A program made the position numbers and the translations under genes. From Lingula anatina (Eukaryota > Animalia > Brachiopoda): a stretch of 64,000 bases of DNA. Shown here piece by piece: positions 14,401-27,140 of this stretch. Each line of letters opens with the position of its first letter. The first letter of the stretch is position 1. Below the pieces are notes generated by a model that was not told where the DNA came from, made no database searches, and was given only the letters and a program-made list of their open reading frames with translations. The stretch lies in assembly GCA_051362555.1 (NCBI GenBank), contig CM120643.1, forward strand, positions 28,214,848 through 28,278,847. The letters run 5' to 3'.

Positions 14401-17029
14401 GATTTGGACCATATATATTAATCAATGTCACTTTTCTATCTTCTAATAAACAATTTAGTAATAAAAAGTTACCCCCTTCGTCTTTTTTGTTTTCATTGAT
14501 TACTTTAACATCAGCAGTGTTATTTAAAAGTATAGCAACACCCCTCGATTTCGACCTGTACGAGCTAAAATAGGCCTTATATCCCCACTCAGACCTAACC
14601 CTTGATTCTATTTCTGACGTAAAATGTGTGTCTTGTAGGAATAGGATATCATATTTTTGTTGTCTTAAATAAGAAAATATGTCTTTCCTTTTTTGTCTAT
14701 CCCCAAGGCCCTGGCAGTTAACAGAAACAATCTTAATACAATTTGTCATTTAAATATACGGCTCTAATAAATGTCGGGGTTAGCTTTTTCCCTTACTTTA
14801 CTTTTTATCGCTCTTACCTCAAAACTAGTTTTTACCACCACCAGAATGGCACCGTTCTTCCAAATAGCTCCACCTATCACCAACATAAAAATATATTGCA
14901 ATAAGTACACATAAATTCCACTTGTGGACGAGTATAAGAGAAAAGGTAAAATTAACATAAAATGACATTGTAGGCTATCTTATACTGTAGTGCAACAGCT
15001 TATCCGAGGTAAGGGCGTACGCCTTAGACCCTCTCGCACTTACACTTGTTAGGTACTCCCTTTCACTAGAATAACATGAGCTGTAAACTGTCCATTTTGA
15101 CATAACACTAATACAGACTTTCACACTGACACATATCCACAATACACGAGTCATCACTACAATAGACCTAGGACGTATCGTGAGTCCTAAAAAAGACACA
15201 GCACTGGTAACACTCATGACACTTGCATTCATCAACTGGCCATCGGCCATGTATTTTTTGCTTGCTTAATAAGTTGAATTAAATGAAAAGCGGATGTCAC
15301 AATTACACTGAAAAGGTTATTTAAAGTTATTTAAACAAGATACAAGTCCTTGCTTCCATTAATAAGGATAAAATAGGATAAAATCAAAGAAATCATTTGA
15401 AAAAAATCCGTATTGAATGTCAAGTCTGTATTACGTTGTACTTTACTACATATAGCGACTCACCAGCCATTCCATGGAAAAAGTTCCAATTCCAATGAAA
15501 ATATCAGTCGTAGCTTATTTTCGTAATAATAGTGTCTGAAATTTTGCTTTTTTATCATTTTACAGCAGGGCCCCATGTTTCCTGCATTTAAAACAATTGA
15601 TATTGTAACACTCTCTTTGAACTCGCTTTGAACCCCGAGCGTTTACATGCCTAAGACAGTTTTTCTTTGTCTCGTTGACAATATTATAGCTGGTCTGATG
15701 AGTATTTATGTCCTTAATTAATTTCCTTTCATGTTTCTTTTTTTCGTATATGATGTCCTTTTTAATATTTGTCGGTTTATTACAACACCGTTGTAGTTTT
15801 GTCGCTCATTAAGCCATTACCTCCGTCTCACCATTAAGTAAATATAAGAATAGATTTGAATGCTCTTAAATACATCTTATTTCAGTAAATAGTGTTATTT
15901 GTACATTTTAAATAATGCTTTCAGCGACAGGGAATGTTTATACACAAAAGTTGAGAGGTCAAACTCAAGAGTCTGACCTCAGTGACGGACCAAATTTGAA
16001 AGAGTTCCATTAGAAAGTCAGAATCCTGTTTTTTTGCTTAGACAGGATACACTTCTTTCTAAAAAGCCATTCAATTATTTAGAAAATGAATCCTGCGTTA
16101 TGCTAATCTCTGCTGCAAAATTAATGAATTTTATGATAATTCTAGCAATACAAGCTGACCATTTACCTTGACACTAGTTTGCTTAAAAGTTTAGGGCAAG
16201 TCGGTCATTAAAATTATTTCTGTGGGTTTGTTTTAGTCAATCCCTATGTAGAATTCATCCAAAGCATCCGTTGCTTGAAAAATTATATATATCATTTTTG
16301 CATTGGATCATTTTTCGTGGAATGGCCGCCACTGCCTTGTTTCAGTTAACTAACTTAGAGGTAGTGAGGATGGGGGTTATAAAGCCTAGCTCGTTTGTTG
16401 GAATTTTTAACAATGTGAAACACTTTTAAATGTTTATTGTTTGTTAAGGTAAGCACAGTGGCGGATGGGGGAGGGAGGGGGCACAAGGGTCATATTTGCT
16501 TAGTTCGATCAGTATAATTGCATGCAAATTACGGTTAGATGTAGAGGCGTCTTGCTTTGATAATAACGCATTGGTAAAACAGATATGCAAATTCAATGTC
16601 CTTTCGTAAACAAAAGTGATATATAATATCAACCAATTTTTTTCTCCTTCAGATATTCCAGTCCACGTTATTCTGACCAAGGTGGACCAGATATCCCCGG
16701 ATGTAGCCGAGGACCCATCTGTGGTATTTCACAGTCGTGCCATTGAAAAGAAAGTGAAAGAAATCAGTGACACATTCGGTATACAGAGTAATCACGTCCA
16801 ACCCGTGAAGAACTACGAGTCCGAGACCTCCATTGACCCCAGAGTGGACATCCTGACTCTGAACGCCCTCAAACAGATGGTCAGAAGTGCCGAGGACTAC
16901 ATTGAGGACCATGCTTCATTCAATTTTTTCTCTTGGTTATTCATAACCTGGAATAGGATTGGCCTTATCAACATTCTGTCTTTTCTGTTCTTAGTCGTTG
17001 TTTCTGTCTATTATATCGTAACCCGATGA
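3815..17029 (+). CDS. IFI44L: Interferon-induced protein 44-like (TLDc domain + P-loop GTPase-like domain), 5 coding exons, ~463 aa; possibly damaged
   Basis: Exons 3815-4328 (TLDc: LLYSASRDG..FHQKCNNQGPT..GGYT..FLF..GPTFG..DIEVY), 5814-5944 (linker with KPWR), 6714-6911 (RLLLVGSVGAGKSSFFNT, Walker A), 8461-8632 (FNP..NPGLADAIHCVALVIDGS) and 16653-17029 (IPVHVILTKVD..PVKNYESE..DILTLNAL). All junctions are GT-AG with matching phases 1,0,0,1, giving 1392 nt with no internal stop. The symbol denotes family, not proven orthology. Confidence 0.88.
6989..8262. mobile_element. Nested MITE cluster in the IFI44-like intron: Harbinger-like MITE pieces (6989-7038, 7869-~8262) and a TGTAAC-ended element starting at 7039
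   Basis: The AGCCTCGGTCACAACC terminus and body match the full copies at 42014-42884 and 54771-55652. CCGG|TGTAACATGAAAATCTGACTCCCC matches the element at 51055-51699. Confidence 0.75.
9397..14749 (-). mobile_element. Degenerate L1/Tx1-clade non-LTR retrotransposon ORF2 (APE endonuclease + reverse transcriptase), interrupted by another LINE
   Basis: EN motifs SVNCQGL, FLQDTH, NIYGPN, DFN, ARLDFFL, SDHS. RT motifs KSPGSDGF, NWRPISLLN, LDFEKAFD, GCRQGDP, QYADD. C-terminal part VLLAWKEL..PVWYN..FQYKI at ~9397-9951. Several frameshifts; 3' end truncated; no ORF1 recognised. Confidence 0.92.
9952..12169 (+). mobile_element. 5'-truncated L2/CR1-group LINE (reverse transcriptase) nested in the L1/Tx1 element
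   Basis: Motifs QPWMN, LDPI, PLLKK, QSAY..HSTE, LDLSAAFDTV, GVPQGSVLGP, YADDTQ, KNLGV, SRLDYCNS, HISPVLRSLHWLP, WNLLP..FKKELKTYLF. 3' UTR ends in AATAAA followed by an (ATT)n tail at ~12138-12169. Has frameshifts and an in-frame TAA at 11696-11698. Confidence 0.93.
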
Positions 17030-18368
17030 AGAAATCATCCTTTACCTGACATTTTCACAATTTGCCCCAATCCTCAAAAATTCAAAGTGTATCACGTTTT
17101 TTTCTTCTCAAAATAAATCTTCAGATTCCGGACCCCCCCTTTTTTTGCACAGGTTTGATCAATTCCTTCCTGTCCTCTTTCCTGGGAAGCTCAAAATTAT
17201 ATTCATTTATATATAATTTGAATATCTTTCCTATACGCTTATTTAGGTCACTTAAAAGCCTTTGTTATACAGGGTCTATAACTTTTGTAGAATGCATTTT
17301 GGCTCACTCTAAAATAGTGAATATAATATAGCAAAAAAAAAAAAAAAAAAGACTCCGTATCATTAATGATGTAAAGGTTTAGTGACGTTATGGAATACTG
17401 TAAAACCCTCAGTTTTTTAAGGACCGGGGGGGGGGGGGGGGGGGGGGCAAGTTGAGAGGGGACCAAAAATGTTTTCAAGCAGTCTTCTGCTGGTTTTATA
17501 ATTGAGGGAGTGTGCCAGAATTTATGCAAATTTTTGCAAGATAGAACATCAAACTCTTAAGGGAGATGAAGGTATTAAGAAATTTGAAAAGAATTATTTA
17601 TAAACCAGATTAACTACTTTCCAATAATATATGAATGAACAGGTTTGTTATGTAATCCGGCGCTTCATATCAATTTATGACAAGTAAAGAGAATATTTGT
17701 CATATTTTGTTCCCATTCGTTTTTCTATAATAGTGTACTTTATCAAAGTTATTATATCCCACAATAATCATTGACCCATCTCAACTAATAATGCCAGACT
17801 TGAGTTTTGTTCATATGTATACGTTGCCTCATCATTTCGTGCATTAAGCATGAGAAAACATCATATAGTCCGTCTTCTTTCTTTTTTAGCCTTCAGCACT
17901 AGTGTTGAAAAGCTAGGGTCTATCTACTATTTTTTGGCTTAATGTGACACAGTAAAACATTCATTTTTTAACGTTCATAGCTTCTGTCATCCAGAATGTC
18001 GTGCGGGCATAGGCAATGTGTTTTGGTCGAATATTCATCTTACTTTGCTATGGTCAAAGACACATACATAGTCTTTTATGTTCGCTTCACATGCACGTAG
18101 ACGTAGCTTATAATTTCACAAATTATTCATCACCACAACCGTTAATAGTGGGACCTTCTGTTATCTAGATCAGACAGTTGGACGGATGGTTATTTACATA
18201 GACATTGACCGTGTGTTTAGACGCGGTTGTGCCTCCTAACTATCGTCTTCCTAATAATACCTGTTATCTAGACTTAAAGAGATATATTTTCTGCCTCCGT
18301 ATACCCGCATTACTGGTAGCATTTGCTTTCTCTCTGTCACAAGAAAACAACCTGGCCTGCGACAGTGG

Positions 18369-20082
18369 ATGAAAATGGGTCAGTGCGAATTTCATTTATT
18401 TATTTTTTCTATTTATCAGCTTATTAAGTTCACCTCTAGGATAATATATTGTAAATCTTGTAAGTGTATTTTTATTTCACTTTTGATAAAGTTATGATTG
18501 AATTGATGTTTCCTAATTTTAATTATGAGATTCCGTTAATCATACATTTGAAAGGAATATTTTACGCGTTCTTTTTTTATAAATAAGATTCGATGATTAA
18601 AAAAATTCTCGTGTGCGGGATCAGGTCTGAGCAATTATAAAAACACATCCTTAACCACAATGCCTATGATTTCAGCTTCAACGATGATATTTGGCGAGTG
18701 CAGTCTACCGACGAACATCCCGCCGTATTCGCCTGCCGGTGTGGGGCCCGTTTTGTGGTGGATCGAAGCTTGGGCACTGCACCTACAATCCATTCTTTTT
18801 GCTCTTTACGACCTTGGCGTTCCGCTGCATGTGTCCTTCTGGCACCGTGCCAGCATATGTGACTGCTGACAACGTGACGTGTACCTTGAGTAAGTGGGCT
18901 TTGGTGTCTGTCTCACCATCAATGTAATGTTTAGATTTAAATTAAACTGATGTAAATATAAATATAAATATTGTTCATATTTATGTTGATGATGTTCAAC
19001 GTATAGCGGTAATGGGGTGCTGAGGGACTTTTTTCTGGCATTGCATGGGCGGATCCAGGCTTATTGGAAGGTGGGTACGCGGATGCAAAGCTGATCCTCC
19101 CCCCTCCTTGGCGTGGGGTTCGGGGCCCGCTGAAGGGCCCCGAAATTTTTGGTATTTTAGAGGGCGAACGGTGCCATGTGGTACAGTTTAGAACTATGAT
19201 CCAGCTAGTCAAAATTCTAATTTCAAAAGGGACCATTGGAGTGATTTTTTTTCAGAAATCGAAGAGGGGAAGTCAGGACTCCCTGACACCCCCAAATTTG
19301 CCACAGCATTGCGTGGGCTGAACTAAGAGCCTTGTCGTTAAATATATTGACTAGATTTGTGTCTGTTTAAAATTTAAAGGTCACTCAGGAAGGTGATGGT
19401 GTGGTGTTTTAAGCCAGAGCTTTCGACATCTGGATTCAATACTTCAAGAAAAACTATTTTCGGATTCTGCAAAAACGTGTGCGATGACACATTATACACT
19501 GATGTATAACAATTATTTTTTGTTTTTGTTATTTTAATTTTGCTTTGGCAGAGGTCTGCACTCAATAGTTAGATGCATATGAAACTTATCATTTAATTTA
19601 CAAATAATAAAGCTTACTCAACCATAATACTTATTATAAAACAAATGTAAACCGGAAATTATATTACATTGAAAAAATCAAATGAGACCGGTCTTAAATC
19701 GAAAAAAATCAAAGAGTCAATGATTAAAATATTGCCCTGATTTTGATGAAAAAGAAAGAACAACAGTGTCTTAGCACACAGACTGGATAAAGTTTTAAAA
19801 ATGGCTTTGCATTTTTTGAAAGTTAACTTGTACATTTGCATGGTTGAAGTTAAAATTGATTTGCGTGTTTCAGTCAGGGGAACACCGTGTCGGACTGATT
19901 ATGACTGCAACTCAAGGACAACGGATTGTCTGGGCATCAGTATGGCCAACCCAACATTCTTTGAAGGTTCTGGCATCCAAGCACCATTCTCATCGGATTT
20001 GACCACATTATTGGCCGTAAGTATACTTTTACTCGGTCGGCTCAGCACCTTGTAGACTTGCCACCTGAAGTATTACTCCAAC

Positions 20083-20119
<37 letters not shown>

Positions 20120-20661
20120 ACAGTATATCGGGATTTAAGCACACAGGGCACAGGCTCTGTTCAATCAATATGATCTCTTTATTTAGATGCATGCAAATTT
20201 TCACCAGCGGATATTGATACAAAAGTAATGAAATAAACGTTTGTCTTATTTTTTTATTGAAAGAATTGGATCTGAAAAAGAAAAAAAAAACTGTCAATGC
20301 ATTTATGATGTACAAAACGAAATGCAAAATGGCTTAGGATGTGTGTTTCAAAAGACGGATTCGTGTTAGCGGAAATGCCAAAAACGCGACTGAATTTCGT
20401 TTTATTACTAAAATAACGTGATTGTGCCTCCTTGAGTCTTCAGGATAATGTCAAACTGCAGCTATCTCTATTGTTTTTTTCCTTTGTTTCTAGCCGATTG
20501 TATCATTTATCTGCAGCTTCAACGACGGGCTTATAGTGGATGTTACCAGTGTATATACGTGTAATGGCGGAACTGCAGCAACATTGGGCTCGTGTATTGA
20601 AGTTAATGGCAGTAAGTGTGATCATATAGTCAGTTTGTTGCATAGTGTTGAGGTGGATCGC

Positions 20662-20700
<39 letters not shown>

Positions 20701-21628
20701 GATACTACAGACAGCATCAAAAAGAGTGGAATGCCATTGTATTTGCCCTCCCACCCCACCCAGTACTACTGCGGAGAATATCCATGATATACATATACAT
20801 ATCGTAGTGAAGTTTAGGGAATTATGGCAATACACATAAGACACTTCCTGTGAGCATAACGTGATTTTTTCCTAGTTGAATAGATAATGTCGATGTTAAA
20901 GGCACTGAAAATCTTTATACTGATGTTGCGTTAGAAAAACTGTCAATTAAAAAAGGAACTGTCAGAAACTACATGTACGTGCATTAACTAATGGGACGGT
21001 GACATTTTGTCAATGTTGACAACATGTTACAGTAGCCTGTGGAATTTATACTAAAGAATAGCAAAAAGAAAAAAAAAACTGCTGTACATATACATTAACA
21101 TGCAATTATAAAACATAACAACTTTGTAGTTTATATAAAGAGGGATAAATTAATAGTACCAAAAATCCGTTTACATTACTAGTCGAAATGTACATTCAGG
21201 TTGGCAATCTTGTGTTAGGCATATAAATAAGTGTATCAATACGTAAGTAACCAGCAACTGAGAATCTTACACGATCAGATATTTGGTATGTAAATGATAT
21301 ATTTAAATTATTAAATATAAATTTAGATATCAAATTTTTTTTTAATTATTATTGTTAAATGATTGTTTTAATTGGTGAAATATAATTAGTGGGCCTATAC
21401 TTTGGTTTATTGGCTCATGTATATGCTGGTTTAACTAAATTATTATTTTATTTTTAATCTTTCTTTTCAGTTCCACCGTTGTCAAGTACCAGTTTTGAAG
21501 ATACCGTCCTTCCACAGGCACTTCAGCGGGATCTCTGGAGAAGTCTGTTAATTCCAAATTACTCCGGGGTAGCTTTCAATCCGGCTGATATAGATACCTT
21601 CTATTCTGTCAACACTTTGGGGAACTAA
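18369..21628 (+). CDS. Uncharacterised cysteine-rich protein, paralog A (5 exons, ~213 aa if a +1 frameshift in exon 2 is corrected); pseudogene or assembly indel
   Basis: Exons 18369-18378, 18676-18889, 19874-20016, 20494-20611 and 21471-21628, all GT-AG and exon-for-exon homologous to paralog B while introns diverge. One extra base in GTGGGGCCCG (~18741-18750) shifts the frame. Confidence 0.65.
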
Positions 21629-22946
21629 GTCCCAACATAAACATCGCCCCCTTCCGACTAGAATGCAATGATAAACGCAGGGATTGAAAACCTTCATCGC
21701 CGATTATACCCTTCAAATAATGTAGGCTTCACCTCTTCTGCGGTACGTATTATAATCCACACAGAAATAAGAGCTTGTGTCTGTCATCCTGGGAATTATG
21801 TTCCGTTAGTCAACTAATCTGTTATGTCGTTATTGTTGTGCTTAATATATGAATTTATACTGTATTCATTTGTTGACATGATAAGGGGAGCAAGGTGAAT
21901 ACCTTTTCCACCTCTGGACCCCTTCATCCACTTACCCCAATACCGTTCCTTGAAATGACCTTCCTACACGACGTAGTGATGGTAGTGTGCTGTTCAGATA
22001 CCTAGCGTCGGGAAGCATTTATTGTGTTTTTGTTTGCTTATACATATATTGTTGTCTTCATATACATTTATTTTCCTATAATCAAATTATATCTGCAATC
22101 TATAGTAAGCTTTAGAAATCACAAATAAAGAGTTTGTCATCTGAAACATGATGTGAATTAAACACTACTTCACATAAACCCCCTTGTCTCCAACAGTCAC
22201 TACTCCACAGTCGTATTTACCTTGCTCCCGTCACAGCGGAACACTGGGTATGTACTGCCTTCATTTAGTATGTATATTTATTCCGATGAGGCATCCACCT
22301 TACTGTTCAATCTGCACTAAATAACAGTTCATGGACGTTCATCATCTAAGATGCGTCCATTACAGTTGTTAATGACACATGATTATTTCTCATAAGATTT
22401 TTAAATTACCTCGTTAATGCAGTTAATGAAATGTTCTTATCTTTGTCGAGTTAAAGGAAGAAGGATATGTTATATCTCACATACATATACGTGTACTGTA
22501 TATATACCTGGCAGACAAAATTGCATGTTGTTTTAAGAAGTTATATGGTACAGCCATACTGCTATAAGTCACATAAATCCACCCAACAATCAATAACTTG
22601 ACCGAATTACTAGTACATAATTGGCATAATTGTATTATAGAGTATAATGCAATAATGACTTTACCACTCACCATACTAACGAACTTTTCTAAGTTTCTTC
22701 CAAGGGAGTGATGACTTTTATAACGTTTAGAAGAAGCAAACGTTTAATCGAGGATTAAAAAAAAGACTTAATTTTATCTCTTTTTATAGTAAACGCAATA
22801 AATTTAACAAAAGGTTTTAGACTTTCCTTTATATTATGTTTACTGGTGTTATCTTATTTTCATTTATTTGATCATTGACAAACCGGAGATGTTAAAACAA
22901 TGTCCGTTTTATGTGTGTTTTGCTATATATTGAATGGTTGAATAAA

Positions 22947-22947
22947 A

Positions 22948-22993
<46 letters not shown>
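22947..22993. repeat. (ATT)n microsatellite
   Basis: Directly visible. Confidence 0.95.
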
Positions 22994-23314
22994 TCAACAA
23001 TATTAAACATTAATATCAAAAATTTAATATTAAAATAGACACTACACACAGAATTGTAGAAATGATTCATTTGTATGCACGTACCCGTAGTTTAAGCTCT
23101 AATCATTACCACCCCCGTTAATACCACCTGTTATCTAGCTCAGATAACTGCCCTTCTCGACCTCAAAGTTAGACGCGTGGTCATTTACGCAGAGATAATC
23201 TGTGTTTAATCTTGTCATCTGGACTCAAAGAGTGGATTTTCTGTCACTACACACATTTCCGGCAGCATTTGTGTCTCCCCGTTTGCAAGAGAACGACTTA
23301 ACCTGCGACAGTGA

Positions 23315-25767
23315 ATGACGATGGGTAAGTACACTAGTTCCAATAAATTTGTTTTAGGTTCACTGCATTAAGTTCAATTTAAAGACAGAATACTTCTTTT
23401 ATGTCTTTATATGAAAAGATATAGTTGCAGTGATATTTCACACTTTAAGTTACTTTTTGAAGTGTCGTTTTTGATATGTCTGAAATCAATCTTTTACACA
23501 TAATTATATGCTTTTAAAATGACTTACGAAAAGTGCTTTCTCGTAACCAGATAGCAACATTTAAATTAACATGCCCTCATATGTGAACGGACTCGTGACT
23601 TAGTTTATGTTAACACAACGTTAACCAAACTGTCTATGATTTCAGCTTCCACTACGGTATTTGGCGAGTGCAGTCTGCCAGCGAACGTCCAGCCCTATTC
23701 GTCATCCCTTTCGGTCCCGAACTGTGAATCTTTTGCGCGTTGTACTTACAATCCATTCTTTTTACTCTTTACGGCCTCGGCGTTCCGCTGCCTGTGTGTT
23801 CCTGGTAGTGTGCCAACATATGTGACTGCTAACAACGTGACTTGTACCGAAAGTGAGTACATTTCCGTATTTGTCTCTCCGTGAATTAACTGTTTAGATA
23901 TATTTTTCAAATTTATGGTGACGAATGCTTAACGGCCAGAGGTACTGAAGAGCTGTGGAATTCTTGTCTAGGATTACGCGGAATGAAACCAATCAAAACC
24001 TTGTCCTAAGTTTATTCAATAGATTTAGTTTGAGTTCCTTCGAAACGTGAGTGGCACTTAATTATGACAGTGCCATAGTTTAAGCCGAAACTTATCAAGA
24101 CCAGAACAATGAAACAACAACCGTTTCACAATATTTTTTTTTTCATTTTATTAACGTCCGCAAAGAGATACATATGTACGGTACCGTTAAATAACTTGTT
24201 AAAGAATAATAAATATGCACATGATGAAAAATATTTGAAATGTCAGTAATTGCGCTCATATTATACCTAGCCCGTTAGAATATTATAAACACATGTTTGG
24301 GCTCTTGTATTTCAAAATTGTTAGACAAAAAACTGACATGTTATCAGCTTTGTGTAGTCATGTGATAAAGGTGATGTCACAATTGCAGAACTGCATGTAT
24401 AGTAAGATGAACGCGGTGTTAAAGGTTAAAGGTACAATGTATACATTGTTTTTTTAGGGGGAGGGGGTGAAATTTGAATACAACGCAAACATACCTTCTA
24501 TGAAACTATTTCGTTCACAAAGTTAAAATTTCTTCATTGGTTTGAATATTGGAAACTATGTTTAGCTTTTTTAGACATGGCTGTATAACCGACACGAGTG
24601 AAATTAAACTATTCATATTACAAAAAGCGTCAAATTCACGTATAACTAAAACCGGGATTATTATATGATAATTATGTGAACCATTTTGGATATTGCACAT
24701 ACGTACCCCACTGATTAAGTGTTGACATTTCCAGCTATACATGACGCACTGAAGTGATGCTCCAACTTTTTTCATTAGCATTGAAAGCACTCGTCATAGC
24801 CTCAGCAGGCAGGTTTGCACTCTCGATTTGCTCTCAATTTTTATCTGTAGTTATGTGAACATCATTATCTGATTTTGCGTGTTTCAGTCAGGGGAACACC
24901 GTGTCAGACTAATTATGACTGCAACTCAAGGGCAACGGATTGTCTGGGCATCAGTATGGCCAACCCAACATTCTTTGGAAATTCTGGCACCCAAACACCA
25001 TTCTCATCGGATTCGTTGACATTGTTGGCTGTAAGTATATTCTAAATTGAGCACACTGTTGTTGTAAAACAGCTAAAAGTAAACAACAATAAGTAGACAA
25101 AGAGCGTGAATCCGTGGTGTTTGTAGTAATTGATGAGTGTTATTGCACTTCGCCATTCACATTTTCATATTGAAAAGGCATAACCCTGCAAGATATATTT
25201 ATTTATATTGCATTCAGATTTTATCAGAGCACAATGGAAAAGTTACACAAATAAACTGAGAAATTAATAGATGTGATACATCACATTTCTAATGATTTCC
25301 TTGATTAATTGTAAAAAGTGTTAGATGGTGAGATATATAAAATCTTATAAGGAAAGAACCTACAAAGTTTTTTGGTAGGGGCAGAAAGAAATTCATAAAC
25401 TGACGAAGGGGCATGTGTTTCAAGCTTTCATGGTAAATTATAAAAACGCGACTGAATTACATTTTTTCCGAAATAATGAGGTAATACGCATGTCTTCTTT
25501 AACCTTCGAGATAATCTCGAATCTAAATAAACTAGTCATTAAGCACTGGGTTTTCACAATGCAAATAATCATTATTCGTTTATTTATTTATTTTATTTGT
25601 TTGCCAGCCCCTGGTATCAGTTATATGTAGCTTCAACGACAGGAACATAGTGGATGTAACCAAGTTATATTTCTGTTTTGGAGCAACCTCATCCACGTTG
25701 GGCCAATGCGCTGAACTAGGTGGTACCAGTAAGTGTTTGGATTGCAATGTGTTACCTGGTATTGTAG

Positions 25768-25808
<41 letters not shown>

Positions 25809-27140
25809 AACAGAGAAGGAGATTAGTCGGCTCCTCTTTCATGAATGATCCACCATATTTGATACGCGGATCAGAAGATCCGAGTATCATCTATTGTGAA
25901 TGACCTCAATTATATTTTTGCATGCAAAAACAAAAGACAGACAACGGTAATTAAGCAACATTTCTATTTCATTCATTACTCTAGAGTGAAACTCTAGAGC
26001 ATGGTCTGACCAGTCGTTAAATATCCACGACTCGGTGGAGAGGTTTAGCAAACGACGGACAACGAAGACGAAGGACGAACATGTGCACTATTTCATCACT
26101 TTACGCTCATCATAACCTCATTTTTCGTAGTTCGTCCTTTCAATGAAGGAAGATTTTATGAATTCTTCGTAAAAAAAGGTAGTACGAATTGAGTCCGTTC
26201 ACACATTGACACACGTTTGATACGCGTTAAATCACGTTTACTGGTAAATGAACATAAGTTTCTTTGCATGATTGCCTTCAGGTTGTTTGATCGTAGGCCT
26301 AAGGGAAAGTGGATATCAAATCTACTGTTACAAATTGATCATTTTTTCTCACCCTGCTCTGTTGTTATCGTATTCGTACTTTGTCTTCGAAACGGCACTC
26401 ATAACTAGCGATCACTATCTGACAACTGCTTCGTGAAACGGGCCCCAGGGAGTTAAAACACTGAAAACCTTCCTATTAACGTCGCTTTAAAAGTAGTTCA
26501 TAAGAGACTACCAAACACCCAATTTAGAAACTACCAATAGAATTGAGACCGGCGGTTCATGTGACTACTTATTTTATTTGTTACTAATTATAACAGCTTG
26601 TTTGTGGAATTTGACAAAGAAAATATCGAATGAAAGTTCGAACTGTAATAAATATAAATCTGGAAGAGAGCAACTTCTGTATTTTCTTGGGGATGATTCA
26701 ATCAGATGTTTACCCAAGAATACTTGACATTTATTGAGCAAAGGTTGAGGTTGTTTGGACACGAGGCCAAGCCTATGGATGTCACTAATTTAAATGAAGT
26801 GAACTGTTTAACTCGGGAAAACTAAACGAACAAATAATTTGTTTATAAATGATAGATAATTTATTTCTCTCGGTGAAGGATGATCAAATGTCTTTTATTT
26901 TGGTGTATTGATTCATGTGTGTATTTATTGGATTTTACCGCCATTTAATTATGATTTTCATTTCTTTCAGTTCCACCGGTGACAAATATCAATTACGAAG
27001 ATATTGTCTTCCCACAGGCACTTCAGAGGGATCTCTGGAGAAGTCTGTTAATTCCAAGGTACCCCGGGGTGACATTCAACCCGAATGATATTACTACCTA
27101 CTTTTCAACATCCACTCTGGACAACATTGTTCCGGTGTAA
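23315..27140 (+). CDS. Uncharacterised cysteine-rich protein, paralog B (5 exons, 216 aa; N-terminal 6-Cys EGF-like spacing)
   Basis: Exons 23315-23324, 23646-23852, 24888-25030, 25608-25728 and 26971-27140 join to 651 nt open: MTMASTTVFGECSLP..NCESFARCTYNPFF..FRCLCVPG..NVTCTEIRGTPCQTNYDCNSRATDC..ICSFND..FCFG..GQC..PQALQRDLWRSLLIP..IVPV*. Exon conservation with paralog A supports coding status. The start exon is the least certain part. Confidence 0.75.

Noticed and set aside
14764-15840. L1/Tx1 ORF1
   Set aside because: No sustained ORF or clear RRM/zinc-knuckle motif; the element's 5' boundary is undetermined.
18368-18372. Conserved in-frame TGA in the alternative exon-1 frame as a selenocysteine codon
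   Set aside because: Read-through gives a non-conserved frame in exon 2 (early stop in paralog A), the TGA overlaps the likely ATG, and no SECIS was recognised.
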